From a virus: a stretch of DNA of 64,000 nucleotides. Below, piece after piece: positions 1 to 9,927 of this stretch (its first letter is position 1; each line of letters begins with the position of its first letter). Under the pieces are notes generated by a model. It was not told the origin of the DNA. It ran no database searches and saw nothing but the letters and a program-made list of their open reading frames with translations. The position numbers and the translations under genes were made by a program. The stretch lies in the IMG/VR virus record IMGVR_UViG_3300027857_000001, positions 1-64,000 of that record; one strand, given 5' to 3'.

Positions 1-14
1 GCACCATCACCAGC

Positions 15-1601
15 GTGCTCAACTCGCTCCTGTCGAAAGGCGGCATCTCGCAGGCCGCCATCAAGGCGATCGACGTGCAGGTCAAAGCGGACACGTCCCA
101 GGCGGCCGCGAAGATAAACGCGCTCAAGGCGAAACCGGTCACGGTCGACATCAAGGAGAGCGGCGCACGGAACGTCCAGGCCGCGATCGACGCGATCCGC
201 GGCCGGACCATCCTGGTGACCGTCAAGGAGAGCCTCCAGTACGCCGCCGCGACGCGAGGGCCGCTGGTGCCCGGAGCCCAGTCGGGCGGCCTGGTCCCCG
301 GGTCCGGGTCCGGGGACATCGTCCCGGCGATGCTCGAACCCGGCGAGGCCGTCGTCCCCCGTCACCTCGTCCCGCTGCTCTCCCCGTTCCTCGCCGCCCA
401 CAAGGTGCCCGGGTTCGGTGCCTCCTACATGGGCATCACCGGCCATTTCGCCGCCGGCGGCGTCGTCGGGCCCCCCGCTGGCGGCGCGGCCATCCCCGGC
501 GCGGTCATCGCCGCGACGGCTGCCGAGTTCATGCGGGCGATCGAGGATGCGCTCCGGAACGCCCGGATCACCCAGGCGGCCGGCGAGCTGGCCGGCAAGC
601 TGGCGGCCGCAGCGGGGAAGCCGTCCCATGCACAGCAGTTCACTGTCTCGCTGGTCAGCGGGATCACCGGCAGCCTCAAGAACCTCCCCGGCGGCATCCA
701 GGGGGTCGCCGAGGGCCTGCTGAAGAAGCTCCAGCAGGAGATCGCGTTCGCGAAGCAGGTCCAGTCCGCGGCGATGCCGCAGCTCGCAGGGATGCCCCTC
801 ACTGCCAGCTCAGGGTCGGTGGGGGACCAGATGAAGTCCTACCTCGGTGACGTGAGGCAGTTCACCGCCGACCTGAAGACCCTGTCCGCGCAGGGCCTGA
901 ACAAGCAGATCCTGCAGCAGCTCATCTCGGCCGGGCCGCAGATCGGCGGGCAGCTCGCCGAGTCGATCCTGCACGGCGCCAAGGCGCAGATCGCCTCGGG
1001 CCTGACCGGCGGCCTGAACATCGCCGGCATGAACGTGGACCCGGCGACCGGGCAGGGCAGCGTCGGCGACCAGATGCAGTCCTACGCCGCCAGCATGAAA
1101 GCCTTCCAGGGAGACCTCACCAGGCTGCAGAAAGGCGGCCTGAACAAGGACATCCTGCAGCAGATCCTCGGCGCCGGCCCCACTCAGGGAGACGCCCTCG
1201 CCCAGTCCATCCTCGGCTCATCAGGCGGCGTGGGGCAGGCCAACTCGCTGTGGAAGCAGATCCAGCAGACCGCGAACCAGATCGGCGCCCAGTTCGGCGG
1301 CAGCGCCGGCACCGCGATGATCAACAAGGTGTGGCAGCAGCTCACCGGGGCAACCCAGGGGCTGGGCCTGGCCGCCGCGAGCGGCATGTACGGCGGGAAC
1401 CTCACCACCCAGTCCGGGACGATCACCAACAACAACGTGTCCGTCAACATCTTCGCCCCGCCCGGGACGAACCTGACCGACCTGTCCGCAGCCGACCTGA
1501 AGAAGCTCCTCGGCGAGATCGAGGCAGCCCTGAACAAGAAGGCGAAGAAGAACCCCAAGACCCCGGTGAAAACCACCAGCCGCGGGAGAGGAAACAGCTG
1601 A
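15..1601 (+). CDS. Tail tape measure protein, C-terminal part (gene probably starts before the window)
   Basis: Ala/Gly/Gln-rich helical protein with an internal ~78-aa repeat (GSVGDQM...GLNK.ILQQ...AGP); contains the D.VPAML.PGEAVV motif common in actinophage TMPs; lies directly upstream of a tail gene. Confidence 0.8.
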   Translation: MLNSLLSKGGISQAAIKAIDVQVKADTSQAAAKINALKAKPVTVDIKESGARNVQAAIDAIRGRTILVTVKESLQYAAATRGPLVPGAQSGGLVPGSGSGDIVPAMLEPGEAVVPRHLVPLLSPFLAAHKVPGFGASYMGITGHFAAGGVVGPPAGGAAIPGAVIAATAAEFMRAIEDALRNARITQAAGELAGKLAAAAGKPSHAQQFTVSLVSGITGSLKNLPGGIQGVAEGLLKKLQQEIAFAKQVQSAAMPQLAGMPLTASSGSVGDQMKSYLGDVRQFTADLKTLSAQGLNKQILQQLISAGPQIGGQLAESILHGAKAQIASGLTGGLNIAGMNVDPATGQGSVGDQMQSYAASMKAFQGDLTRLQKGGLNKDILQQILGAGPTQGDALAQSILGSSGGVGQANSLWKQIQQTANQIGAQFGGSAGTAMINKVWQQLTGATQGLGLAAASGMYGGNLTTQSGTITNNNVSVNIFAPPGTNLTDLSAADLKKLLGEIEAALNKKAKKNPKTPVKTTSRGRGNS

Positions 1602-1625
1602 ACCACGACCGGGGGGTGAGCGGTC

Positions 1626-4600
1626 ATGACGGTGACGGTCCCCAACCAGTGGTCCGGCACGTTCGCCCAGCCGGTCGCATTCGGCCCGGTCCCTCCCGCG
1701 CTGCAGTCGGCCGTGATCGCGCTGACCCCGGCGACGTCGGTCGGCGGCGGCAGCGGCACCCCCACCGCCGGGAACTGGCTGTTCTGCATCGCAGGATGGA
1801 ACCAGGCAGCGCTCCCGGCCGCGACGATCGCGGCCGCTGATGACATCCACTCGTTCTGGCGGCCAGGCCAGGTCGTCACCGCGTCGTGGCCGGGGAACAC
1901 CGCCTCAGGCTCCGCCGCGGTGTCGGCGGCGTCGGGGAGCACCCGGACGAGCGTGTGGTACACGCCGAACCTGGTGCGGGTCCCCGGGGACGTCTACGCC
2001 GCGCCGGCCAGCGCCGTGGCGGGGATGGCCGTCCTGGTCATCGAGGTGGCCGGGCTCGGGCCGTGGGACACCGTCACAGGCGTCTACACGAACTACGCGG
2101 CAGCGGCGACCAGCCTGAACCTGGCACTCGGGGCACCCTCAGCGCAGGCGTTCCTCCTCGGTGCCGTCACAGGCGACTCCACCGCGGCCGGGCAGGCTTT
2201 CGCCCCCGGCGGGTGGATGGCCCTCTCGGCGGTGTCAGCCAGCAACGGCAGCGACCACACCGACGACGCCGTCCTCACCTCCGCGTGGATCACCACCGGC
2301 GGCAGCGTCTCGGTGAACGGGACCGCCAGCAGCGCCACCGACCTGTCCGGCGTCCTCGTCGGGGTCCTCACCGCCGCCGCCAGCCCCGTCCCGGCAGCGC
2401 ATAACCCGAACTGGCCGCTGGTGCGGTTCGAGGCGGCGTTCGGCGGCGGCTACCAGACCCCCCCGGACCAGCTCGCCTGGACAGACCTGTCGTCACGCCT
2501 GTGGTCGTGGGATGAGACGACGGGAATCCAGTACGAGTTCGGCGAGGTGCAGTCCACCGACCTGAACGTCGAGCTTGACAATTTCGACCAGAACCTGTCA
2601 TCGGACTGGCCGGGCGCCCTCTACTACTCGAACGCCCTGAACAGGAACATGTCGTTCCAGTCCGGCGCTGCGCCGTGGGCAGCGTGGGGCGGCTCGTCCC
2701 TGGCGCTGTCCTCCGCGCACGCCTACGCGTCCTCAGCAGGCGCGGCAGCCACGTTCAGCCTCGCGGTCACCCCGAACGGCACCACCGCAAACCCCGGCGC
2801 CACCTCCGAGTACGTCCCGGTCACCGGCAGTACCGCGTACACGGTGTCCGGGTGGGTCACGGCACCCGCCGGGTGGGCGACCGGATGGCAGTGCTCGGCG
2901 ATCTGGTACGACTCGTCGAAGACGTTCATCAGCTTCGGGGCCGGCAGTACCCCGCTCGCCGTCACATCGGCCTGGCAGCAGGTCAGCAACACCCTCACCT
3001 CCCCCTCGAACGCCGCGTTCATGATCCTGCTGTTCCAGGCGGCAGGCACCCCGCCCGGGTCCACCGTTTTCTACCTGGCCGAATGCGCCGCGGTCGCCGG
3101 ATCCGTCGTTGTGGCTACCGGGCTGATCACCAGCGGGACCCCGGTCCGGATCAGGGCAGCCGTGGGCACCGCCGGCGGCCACGCAGTGAACCGCTGGTAC
3201 GTGATCTCCCGGAACGCCGCCGAGTGGCCGCAGCAGATCATGGACATCCGCCGCCAGTACGTGCCCGCGACCGGGTCCGACATCTGGGCCGTCACGTCGT
3301 CGTCGTGCCGGTCGCCGTACCGGGGGGAAGTCTTCCAGGACGCCCCGTACGCGTGGTGGCCGTGCGATGACCAGCCGCTGGCCGGCGGCGTCCAGCCCGT
3401 GAGCCTGCGGAACATAGCGCCCGGGAACAGCAGCGCCCTGTCCATCACCGCCAGCCCCGGCGGCATCACCGCCCAGGACGCCTACGGCACGAACAACACC
3501 GACCTGTCCGCGTTCATCGGCGCGTTCCCGAACCCCCCGCCGCCCGGCATCGCCATCTACAGCGCCGGGCAGAACCAGGGCTGGATGTACGGGGACCCCG
3601 CGTCGTCGCTCGCGTCAGCCGCCGCCTCCGGCGGCCCGGTCACCGCGTCCCCCGGTGCCGCCAGCTGGCAGCATTCCGGGATCCTCGGGAACACCGGCCA
3701 GCACGGATGGTTCCTGGACGTCAACGACGCCGCATTCCCCGGCCTGTCCGGTGGCGTCACCGTCGAAGGGTGGTTCCTGTACCCGTTCTGGGCCGGCGAC
3801 AAGGGGTTCACCGGACCCGTCGGCGGAATCGGCGGCGGCAACCAGTACAACGTCTACCAGCAGCCCGACGCCCCCATGAGCCTCCTGGAACTCGCGACGG
3901 CGTCAGCCCCGGTCGCCATCCTCCAGATGGACACCAGCGGGCACCTGTCGCTGATCACCTACAACGGCGGCACCGGCACCAGCCAGAGCGTCTACACCAC
4001 CTCGGACCTGCGGTGCAATTCATGGTTCCACGTCGCCGTCACCCTCACCGCCACCACATGGGCCGTCTATGTCAACGGGGGCCTCACCGCCACCGCGTCC
4101 GGCAGCGCGACGATCAGCCCCGCCGCGTGGACATGGCTCATCGTCAACGGCGACCTCGGGACAGGCGGCGGCAGCACCCTGTCCGGCATCACTCACAGCG
4201 CCAGCGTGGCGGTCAGCCACATCGCCGTCTACCCGAAAGTGCTCACCATCTGGCGGATCCTGGCGCACTACAGCGCCGCCATCAGCGCGTTCGGAGCCCT
4301 CCCGGCCCCCGCCTCAGTGCAGCTGTCCCAGGTCAGCAACGCGAAACCGACCGGGTTCACACCTGACGGCTCCAGCTATAAGGGGACGTACGGCTGGGTG
4401 AACGCCACGACCCTGTCGAACTACACGTTCTCCGCGGAGGCCGCCGCCGTCGCCGGCGCCTACACGTCGGGGCCGTCGAGCCGCGCCACGATCGCCGGGC
4501 AGGGCGTCAACGCCGCCCAGACGCAGGGTCAGGCGGTCTGGGTTACCTGGCAGTCGATCGCACCCCTCGTGCAGGTATTCACGGCGGCCACTCCGGCTTC

Positions 4601-5489
4601 CGAGACCGAGGCGGCCGCATGCCTCGGGTCCGGTGACAGCTTCACGTCCGGCTACGGGTCCGGTGCCTCCGGCCACGGGGTATCCCAGGTGTCCGCCGGC
4701 ACCGGGGCGAGCCCTCCCGCGGCGGCGTCCGCCCTCGGCGACACCGTCCAGCAGCGGCTCGAGCGCATCCTCGCCTACGGCCAGTGCACCTACCCTGGCC
4801 GGTGCATCGACCCGGCATCCCAGCTGGTCCAGGCGGCCACCGACGTCGGCGGCCAGTCAGCCGGGGCGAACCTGCAGAACATCGCCCAGTCCGACGGCGG
4901 GATGCTGTTCATCGACAACTGCGGGAACATCACCTACTGGTCCCGCACGCACCTGGCCTCCCAGTACGCCTCCCCGGTGTGGACGCTCGGCCCGGGCGCA
5001 ACCCCCTACATGCGGGAGATCGACTGGAAAGCCGACCCGCACCGGGTGTGGAACACCATCAGCATCACCCCGTTCAGCCCGTCCGGCGCATCACTGCCCG
5101 TCATCACCCCGCGCTCGGCGGCCGCGGTGACCGCAAGCCAGGCCCAGTACGGCGCCCAGCCGTTCCAGCAGGTCAACTACCTGCAGTCCGCCACCGAGCA
5201 GCAGAACCTCGCCGACTGGATCCTGGCCACCTTCGGCGGCCTGCGGATCAGGGCCGACAGCATCGATGTCGATGCAGCCACCTACCCCGCAGCGTGGCCG
5301 CTGGTCCTCGGCGGCAACGTAGGCGACATCGCCACGGTCCAGAACTGGCAGGTGGGCGCAGGCGGGATCACCGGCACGTTCCGCGTAACCCAGATCCACA
5401 GGCGCCTCGTCTTCGGCGGCATGTCCGGCGACGTCCGCGCGGAGATCACCCTCACGACGGATTTCGAGCCCACGTCGTACTGGACCTGA
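1626..5489 (+). CDS. Large minor tail / receptor-binding protein with carbohydrate-binding and LamG-like domains
   Basis: 1287 aa, Ser/Thr/Gly/Trp-rich; YAWWPCDD and WFHVAVTLTATTWAVYVNG LamG-like motifs; position after TMP. Confidence 0.75.
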   Translation: MTVTVPNQWSGTFAQPVAFGPVPPALQSAVIALTPATSVGGGSGTPTAGNWLFCIAGWNQAALPAATIAAADDIHSFWRPGQVVTASWPGNTASGSAAVSAASGSTRTSVWYTPNLVRVPGDVYAAPASAVAGMAVLVIEVAGLGPWDTVTGVYTNYAAAATSLNLALGAPSAQAFLLGAVTGDSTAAGQAFAPGGWMALSAVSASNGSDHTDDAVLTSAWITTGGSVSVNGTASSATDLSGVLVGVLTAAASPVPAAHNPNWPLVRFEAAFGGGYQTPPDQLAWTDLSSRLWSWDETTGIQYEFGEVQSTDLNVELDNFDQNLSSDWPGALYYSNALNRNMSFQSGAAPWAAWGGSSLALSSAHAYASSAGAAATFSLAVTPNGTTANPGATSEYVPVTGSTAYTVSGWVTAPAGWATGWQCSAIWYDSSKTFISFGAGSTPLAVTSAWQQVSNTLTSPSNAAFMILLFQAAGTPPGSTVFYLAECAAVAGSVVVATGLITSGTPVRIRAAVGTAGGHAVNRWYVISRNAAEWPQQIMDIRRQYVPATGSDIWAVTSSSCRSPYRGEVFQDAPYAWWPCDDQPLAGGVQPVSLRNIAPGNSSALSITASPGGITAQDAYGTNNTDLSAFIGAFPNPPPPGIAIYSAGQNQGWMYGDPASSLASAAASGGPVTASPGAASWQHSGILGNTGQHGWFLDVNDAAFPGLSGGVTVEGWFLYPFWAGDKGFTGPVGGIGGGNQYNVYQQPDAPMSLLELATASAPVAILQMDTSGHLSLITYNGGTGTSQSVYTTSDLRCNSWFHVAVTLTATTWAVYVNGGLTATASGSATISPAAWTWLIVNGDLGTGGGSTLSGITHSASVAVSHIAVYPKVLTIWRILAHYSAAISAFGALPAPASVQLSQVSNAKPTGFTPDGSSYKGTYGWVNATTLSNYTFSAEAAAVAGAYTSGPSSRATIAGQGVNAAQTQGQAVWVTWQSIAPLVQVFTAATPASETEAAACLGSGDSFTSGYGSGASGHGVSQVSAGTGASPPAAASALGDTVQQRLERILAYGQCTYPGRCIDPASQLVQAATDVGGQSAGANLQNIAQSDGGMLFIDNCGNITYWSRTHLASQYASPVWTLGPGATPYMREIDWKADPHRVWNTISITPFSPSGASLPVITPRSAAAVTASQAQYGAQPFQQVNYLQSATEQQNLADWILATFGGLRIRADSIDVDAATYPAAWPLVLGGNVGDIATVQNWQVGAGGITGTFRVTQIHRRLVFGGMSGDVRAEITLTTDFEPTSYWT

Positions 5490-5575
5490 CTGGCCGTATT
5501 CGCAGGCTCGCCCTCACCTGAGAGACGGGGCCGCCCGCACCGCACCCCAGTTTCCTTGCAGGGACGGGGGGGCTG

Positions 5576-5932
5576 TTGGACACCGCGCTGCTCACTGCCG
5601 TGACCAACCTCGGCTTCGGCGGCATCGTCCTGATCCTCATCATGCTCGGCTGGCTCGTCCCCCGCCCGGCGCACACGCGGGCACTGGATGAGAACGCCCG
5701 GAAGGACGAGGCGATCGAGAAACTCCAGGAAGCACTCGCCCTGGAACGCCAGCGGTCCAACGACGCCACGCAGGCAGCCGCCGTCACCAACCAGCTCATC
5801 GGCGCTCTCACCACCCTCGCCACCGAGCACCGCGCAGCGGAGAAGCACGAGCACAAGCAGGCAGCCGACGCCGCCTACGCCAGGGGCGCCCCCGCGACGC
5901 CGCAGATCGCCGGCAAGGACACCGGCCAGTGA
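5576..5932 (+). CDS. Membrane protein of lysis cassette (holin-like, 1 TM plus coiled coil)
   Basis: N-terminal hydrophobic segment LGFGGIVLILIMLGWLV followed by a coiled coil; upstream of endolysin. Confidence 0.55.
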   Translation: MDTALLTAVTNLGFGGIVLILIMLGWLVPRPAHTRALDENARKDEAIEKLQEALALERQRSNDATQAAAVTNQLIGALTTLATEHRAAEKHEHKQAADAAYARGAPATPQIAGKDTGQ

Positions 5933-6141
5933 GGTGGCGCAGGATGAGGCGGCCGGTCCTGCCACACGGTGCCGGCCAGGTCGCGGCGGCTGAGAAGGAA
6001 GTCGAGCTGTCCCGCCGGCGCCTGCGCGAGACGCACGAGAAGGTCATCGTGCCGCTGCGCGCTGCGGCAGACCGCAACAACTTCGCCGAGCTGATCGCCG
6101 CCTCGCTCGCGCATGGCCGCGGGAACCAGTCAGGCGGGTGA
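5929..6141 (+). CDS. Small lysis-cassette protein
   Basis: GTGA overlap with the previous gene; C-terminal NNFAELIAASL motif seen in actinophage lysis regions. Confidence 0.5.
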   Translation: MRWRRMRRPVLPHGAGQVAAAEKEVELSRRRLRETHEKVIVPLRAAADRNNFAELIAASLAHGRGNQSGG

Positions 6142-6145
6142 GCGC

Positions 6146-6565
6146 ATGCTGAAGCGGGTCACATGGCGGAGCTGGGCCGTGCTCGCGGTCCTCGCCGGCG
6201 CCTACGCTGCCCTCGGGTTCCTGCTGGGCCGCAACGGAGTCATCGAGGAGGAGATCTACAAGTGGGGGCTGCTCGGAGCATCCGCCGCCCCGTTCGCGCT
6301 CGTCGCCGCATACACCGCTTCGGGGAACCGCTGGTGGGCGAACGACGTCGGCAGCGCGATCGTCCAGATCAAGCTGTGCGTCGCGCTCCTCGTCGTCCCG
6401 CTGACGTGGGTGTTCTGGGTGGACGGCGGCATCCTCAGGCCCGGCTGGCTGGCGTGGGCCGAGGTGTCCGCCCCGGCCCTGGTCGCGCTCGCGCTGCTGC
6501 GGCTCTGCTGGGTGTTCTGGCGCATCCACCGGGCCGGTGGCGGCAGGAAAGGACCGGAGAGTTGA
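6146..6565 (+). CDS. Multi-pass membrane protein (putative holin)
   Basis: About 4 hydrophobic segments; lysis-cassette context. Confidence 0.55.
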   Translation: MLKRVTWRSWAVLAVLAGAYAALGFLLGRNGVIEEEIYKWGLLGASAAPFALVAAYTASGNRWWANDVGSAIVQIKLCVALLVVPLTWVFWVDGGILRPGWLAWAEVSAPALVALALLRLCWVFWRIHRAGGGRKGPES

Positions 6566-7071
6566 CGGAGCCCGCGAACGGCCACGCAGCCGCGCACACT
6601 GAACGGCGTACGCTCCGGGAGACCGTCGCGTACCCGCCGCACGGCCCGCGCGAATCTGACCCGCATTACGGGATTTTCGAGCATGCGAAACACCATCTCG
6701 TGCACGTGCTCGGCGCGGGGTGCTGGATCGGCGGCGCGACGCTCGCCCAGGTGAAGGCCGGGCTGCCCGGAGGGCACCGCTGCGCAGGCGCAGCCCAGCT
6801 CGAGGCGCACCACGCTGTAGCCGAGTTCGCGGGGCTGAATGAGATCGACTGGCAGAAGGTTGCCGCGGACTTCCCGCAGGCTGGCCTCCATTCGGACGAG
6901 GAATTCAAAGCCTTCGCCAATAGCGAAGGCGGCCTGCTTATCCTCTGCGATGTCCACCATCGCCATCCGGGTAAAGGAATCCACAGCGTCACATATCCGG
7001 CATGGCTGCTTGATAAGTACGCGAAGGACGAGTGGGAATTCCTCCCGGATCAGGACCGGAGCGGGACGTGA
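6562..7071 (+). CDS. His-rich HNH-like protein
   Basis: TTG start overlapping the previous stop; LEAHH and LCDVHHR...GIH motifs resemble an HNH metal-binding core. Confidence 0.5.
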   Translation: MTEPANGHAAAHTERRTLRETVAYPPHGPRESDPHYGIFEHAKHHLVHVLGAGCWIGGATLAQVKAGLPGGHRCAGAAQLEAHHAVAEFAGLNEIDWQKVAADFPQAGLHSDEEFKAFANSEGGLLILCDVHHRHPGKGIHSVTYPAWLLDKYAKDEWEFLPDQDRSGT

Positions 7072-7412
7072 CGGCTCCTGGCGGCAGCGGGGCACCCCAT
7101 ACACGGCTCGACAGGGTGCTCGGCTGCGTTCCCCGGTTCCTGTCCAGCCACGTCCACGTGATCTGGCTCATCGGTCTCGGCGTGTACCTGATCGTCCTGC
7201 CACTAGCCGGCGTGAAGGTGAGTGCCAGCGCAGAACTGATCGGCGGCAACTACACCAACGTAACCTCGGACATCGGGGCGTGCATCGCCGCCGGCGGCAC
7301 CCTGACCGCGCTGAAGCATGCCCGCAAGTCGCACCGGATCATGGCAGACCTGTACAGGCGGCACACAGGCCAGGATCACCCGGATGCCCCGCCCGGAGGC
7401 AGCCCGCCGTGA
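7068..7412 (+). CDS. Membrane protein (2 TM)
   Basis: GTGA overlap; IWLIGLGVYLIVLPLAGV hydrophobic stretch. Confidence 0.5.
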   Translation: MTAPGGSGAPHTRLDRVLGCVPRFLSSHVHVIWLIGLGVYLIVLPLAGVKVSASAELIGGNYTNVTSDIGACIAAGGTLTALKHARKSHRIMADLYRRHTGQDHPDAPPGGSPP

Positions 7413-8365
7413 TCTCCGGCCTGGACATCTCCAACGTCAACGGGGCACTCGACCTGGCGTCCCTCGCACGCCAGTACCGGCTGAGCTTCGCGATCCTGAA
7501 GGCCACCGAAGGCACCGGATTCCGCGACCCGCTGTTTCCCGCCGCGTGGGAGGCACTGAAGCAACTCGGGCTCGCACGAGGCACGTACCACTTCGCCCAC
7601 CCGTCAGGCGAGCCTGACGCGGAGGCGGCCTTCTTCCTGGCGTACGTGCGCGAGAACGGCCTGCTCGACGCCGATGTTCTCGCCCTCGACCTGGAGGTAA
7701 CGGACGGTCTCCCGCCTGAGCAGGTCGCCGGGTGGGCGCGCCGGTTCTGCTCCCGCGTGAGCTCCGCGTCCGGGCGCCGGCCGCTCGTCTACACCTTCAT
7801 CAGCTTCGCCGTGGCGGGGAACTGCGCAGGGCTCGGGCGGTATCCGCTGTGGATCGCCGACCCGTCAAGCACGCCGGGATCGCCCCGGGTCCCCGGTCCG
7901 TGGACGACGTGGGCGGTGCACCAGTACGGCCAGCAGGGCATCGACCTGGACGTCGCGAACTACCCGGACGCCGCGGCGATGACCCGCGCGCTCGGCAGGC
8001 CCCGGCCTTCCCCGCCCGCACCGCCGAAGCCCGTGGAGGACGACATGGTCAGCATCTCCCCGCTCCAGCTCCCCGCGTACCAGTCCGGACCGGCCGGCGC
8101 CACGGCGGCCGTCACGGTCGACCTGTCGTCCGCGGGCACCTTCAGGGCCATCGGGTTCTCCTCGCACTGGTCGCTGGCCGGGCAGCCGCAGCCGGCCATC
8201 CGGGTGGAGGTCCACTCGTACAGCAAGGGGTTCACGCAGACCGTGCCTGAGCTGATGATCCCGCAGTCCGGCAAGGCCGTCGTTGTGTTCACCGAGCATG
8301 ACGTCGATTACCTGTCCGTCAGCAGGGCGAACGGCAGCCCTGCGCTGGTGTCAGCGGGGACGTGA
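7409..8365 (+). CDS. GH25 muramidase endolysin
   Basis: GLDISNVNG, FAILKATEG, GTYHFAHP, LALDLEV, PLVYT, LWIA and HQY motifs of GH25; GTG start overlapping the previous stop. Confidence 0.9.
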   Translation: MISGLDISNVNGALDLASLARQYRLSFAILKATEGTGFRDPLFPAAWEALKQLGLARGTYHFAHPSGEPDAEAAFFLAYVRENGLLDADVLALDLEVTDGLPPEQVAGWARRFCSRVSSASGRRPLVYTFISFAVAGNCAGLGRYPLWIADPSSTPGSPRVPGPWTTWAVHQYGQQGIDLDVANYPDAAAMTRALGRPRPSPPAPPKPVEDDMVSISPLQLPAYQSGPAGATAAVTVDLSSAGTFRAIGFSSHWSLAGQPQPAIRVEVHSYSKGFTQTVPELMIPQSGKAVVVFTEHDVDYLSVSRANGSPALVSAGT

Positions 8366-8538
8366 CGGTGAGGGACTGGGTCTCGTTCCTGATCGCCGCG
8401 TTCGGCCTGCTGCTCCTCCTCGCGGACACGGCCGTCGCGGGCGGCCAGGTCCGGATCGACAATCCGCAGTGGCTTCTCCCCGGCGGCCTCGCCTGCTGGC
8501 TCCTCGCCTGGATAATCGCGATGCTGCCGAGGAATTAG
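8362..8538 (+). CDS. Small 2-TM protein (58 aa, not in ORF track)
   Basis: Manual translation VTVRDWVSFLIAAFGLLLLLADTAVAGGQVRIDNPQWLLPGGLACWLLAWIIAMLPRN; GTGA overlap with endolysin stop. Confidence 0.55.
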   Translation: MTVRDWVSFLIAAFGLLLLLADTAVAGGQVRIDNPQWLLPGGLACWLLAWIIAMLPRN

Positions 8539-8598
8539 GCCCCCATCGTCCCCTGGACGCGCGGCATCGTCCGCCCTGACCTGACGCAACGGAGGCAC

Positions 8599-9525
8599 GT
8601 GACTATGCCTGCCCGCAGGCCGCTCGGCCGGCTCCCCGAGGACCGCTCGAAGCCGCGGCTGCTGCTCACCCCCCACCTGCGCGCCACGCCGCCCCCGCCC
8701 GCGTCAGCGGACTGGTACAGCCACGTCCCGGCATGGGGGACGCTCGGGAACACGGACTGGGGCGACTGCGTGTTCGCAGGCACCGGCCATATCGCCGAGC
8801 AGCAGACCGCAGCCGGTGAAGGTACCGAGGTGATCGTCACCGACGCCGAGATACTCGCTGCTTACACCCGGGTCACGGGCTTCGACCCGGCCGCCGGGCC
8901 GCCAGGCCAGAACCCGACCGACAACGGCGCGCTGCTCCAGGACGGCCTCGCCGACCTGCGCAGGAACGGGCTCGCCGGGCAGAAGATCGCCGCGTTCGCC
9001 CGGCTCGCGGACGGCGATGAGGACGAGCTGAGGACCGCTGTCGCCCAGCTGGGCTGCGCGGCCATCGGCGTGCGGCTCCCGCAGTCCGCCCTCGCTCAGT
9101 TCGACGCCGGCGAGCCGTGGACACTGGTGCCGGACGACGGAGGCATAGCCGGCGGCCATGCAGTGACCGCCTTCGGGTACGACCAGACGTACATCTACCT
9201 GGTCTCCTGGGGAAAGGTCGTTCCCGCTGCGTGGGACTGGCTGCGCGCCTACTGCGGCGAGGCGTGGGCGGTCGTGTCGCAGGACTGGGCGGGACGCGAC
9301 GGCAGGGACCCGGAAGGCGTAGACCTGCACCAGCTCGGGAACGAGTTCGCGATGCTCACCGGCTCGCCGAACCCGTTCCCGGCCCCGCCCGCGCCGCCGC
9401 CGCACCCTGCACCGGGACCCGCCGCGCAGCTCGCCGAGCTGGCCGCTTTCATCCGCGAGGTCGCCGCGGACACTGCCCGCGACGTCACCGACATCACCCG
9501 CTGGCTCAGCCAGCACGGCATCTAG
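8599..9525 (+). CDS. Papain-like (C1-type) cysteine peptidase domain protein
   Basis: GN..WGDCVFAG (catalytic Cys), GGHAV...GYD (His), SWG..(W) motifs. Confidence 0.65.
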   Translation: MTMPARRPLGRLPEDRSKPRLLLTPHLRATPPPPASADWYSHVPAWGTLGNTDWGDCVFAGTGHIAEQQTAAGEGTEVIVTDAEILAAYTRVTGFDPAAGPPGQNPTDNGALLQDGLADLRRNGLAGQKIAAFARLADGDEDELRTAVAQLGCAAIGVRLPQSALAQFDAGEPWTLVPDDGGIAGGHAVTAFGYDQTYIYLVSWGKVVPAAWDWLRAYCGEAWAVVSQDWAGRDGRDPEGVDLHQLGNEFAMLTGSPNPFPAPPAPPPHPAPGPAAQLAELAAFIREVAADTARDVTDITRWLSQHGI

Positions 9526-9537
9526 AGGAGAACCGCC

Positions 9538-9831
9538 TTGACAGAGACGGGCACCGGGCAGGTACCTGAGCCGTCGCACCCGGGATTCCTGGCACACCTC
9601 CGCGACCACCTGCTGCCGGAAGTCGCGGCCCTCCGCGCCGACGCGGAGCACGCCAGGACGGCAATCCCGGCCGCGCTCGCCGGCATCGGCACCCTCGCCG
9701 GCATCATCGGGTCGCTCGCCAGGATGGCGGACCCTTCAGCCGGGCCGGAGGTCACCGCGATGATCGCCGAGGCGGATAAGGCGGCTGCTGAGGCGGCCGC
9801 GGCAGCGGAGAAGCTCCTCGGGAAGATGTAG
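9538..9831 (+). CDS. Hypothetical protein
   Basis: ORF with GAGGAG RBS; last gene before the terminator. Confidence 0.5.
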   Translation: MTETGTGQVPEPSHPGFLAHLRDHLLPEVAALRADAEHARTAIPAALAGIGTLAGIIGSLARMADPSAGPEVTAMIAEADKAAAEAAAAAEKLLGKM

Positions 9832-9856
9832 GCCCTCAGCCCCGGCTAAGAACGCA

Positions 9857-9894
9857 CCGCCCCGCTCCTGGTCACGCGGCCCGGAGCGGGGCGG
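9857..9894. terminator. Hairpin between convergent operons
   Basis: CCGCCCCGCTCC / GGAGCGGGGCGG 12-bp stem. Confidence 0.7.
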
Positions 9895-9927
9895 CTTCCG
9901 CATGCCCGGTGGTGGGCGGCGGCCATC

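Noticed and set aside
770-1220. Internal repeat in the tape measure protein
   Set aside because: Ordinary for TMPs.
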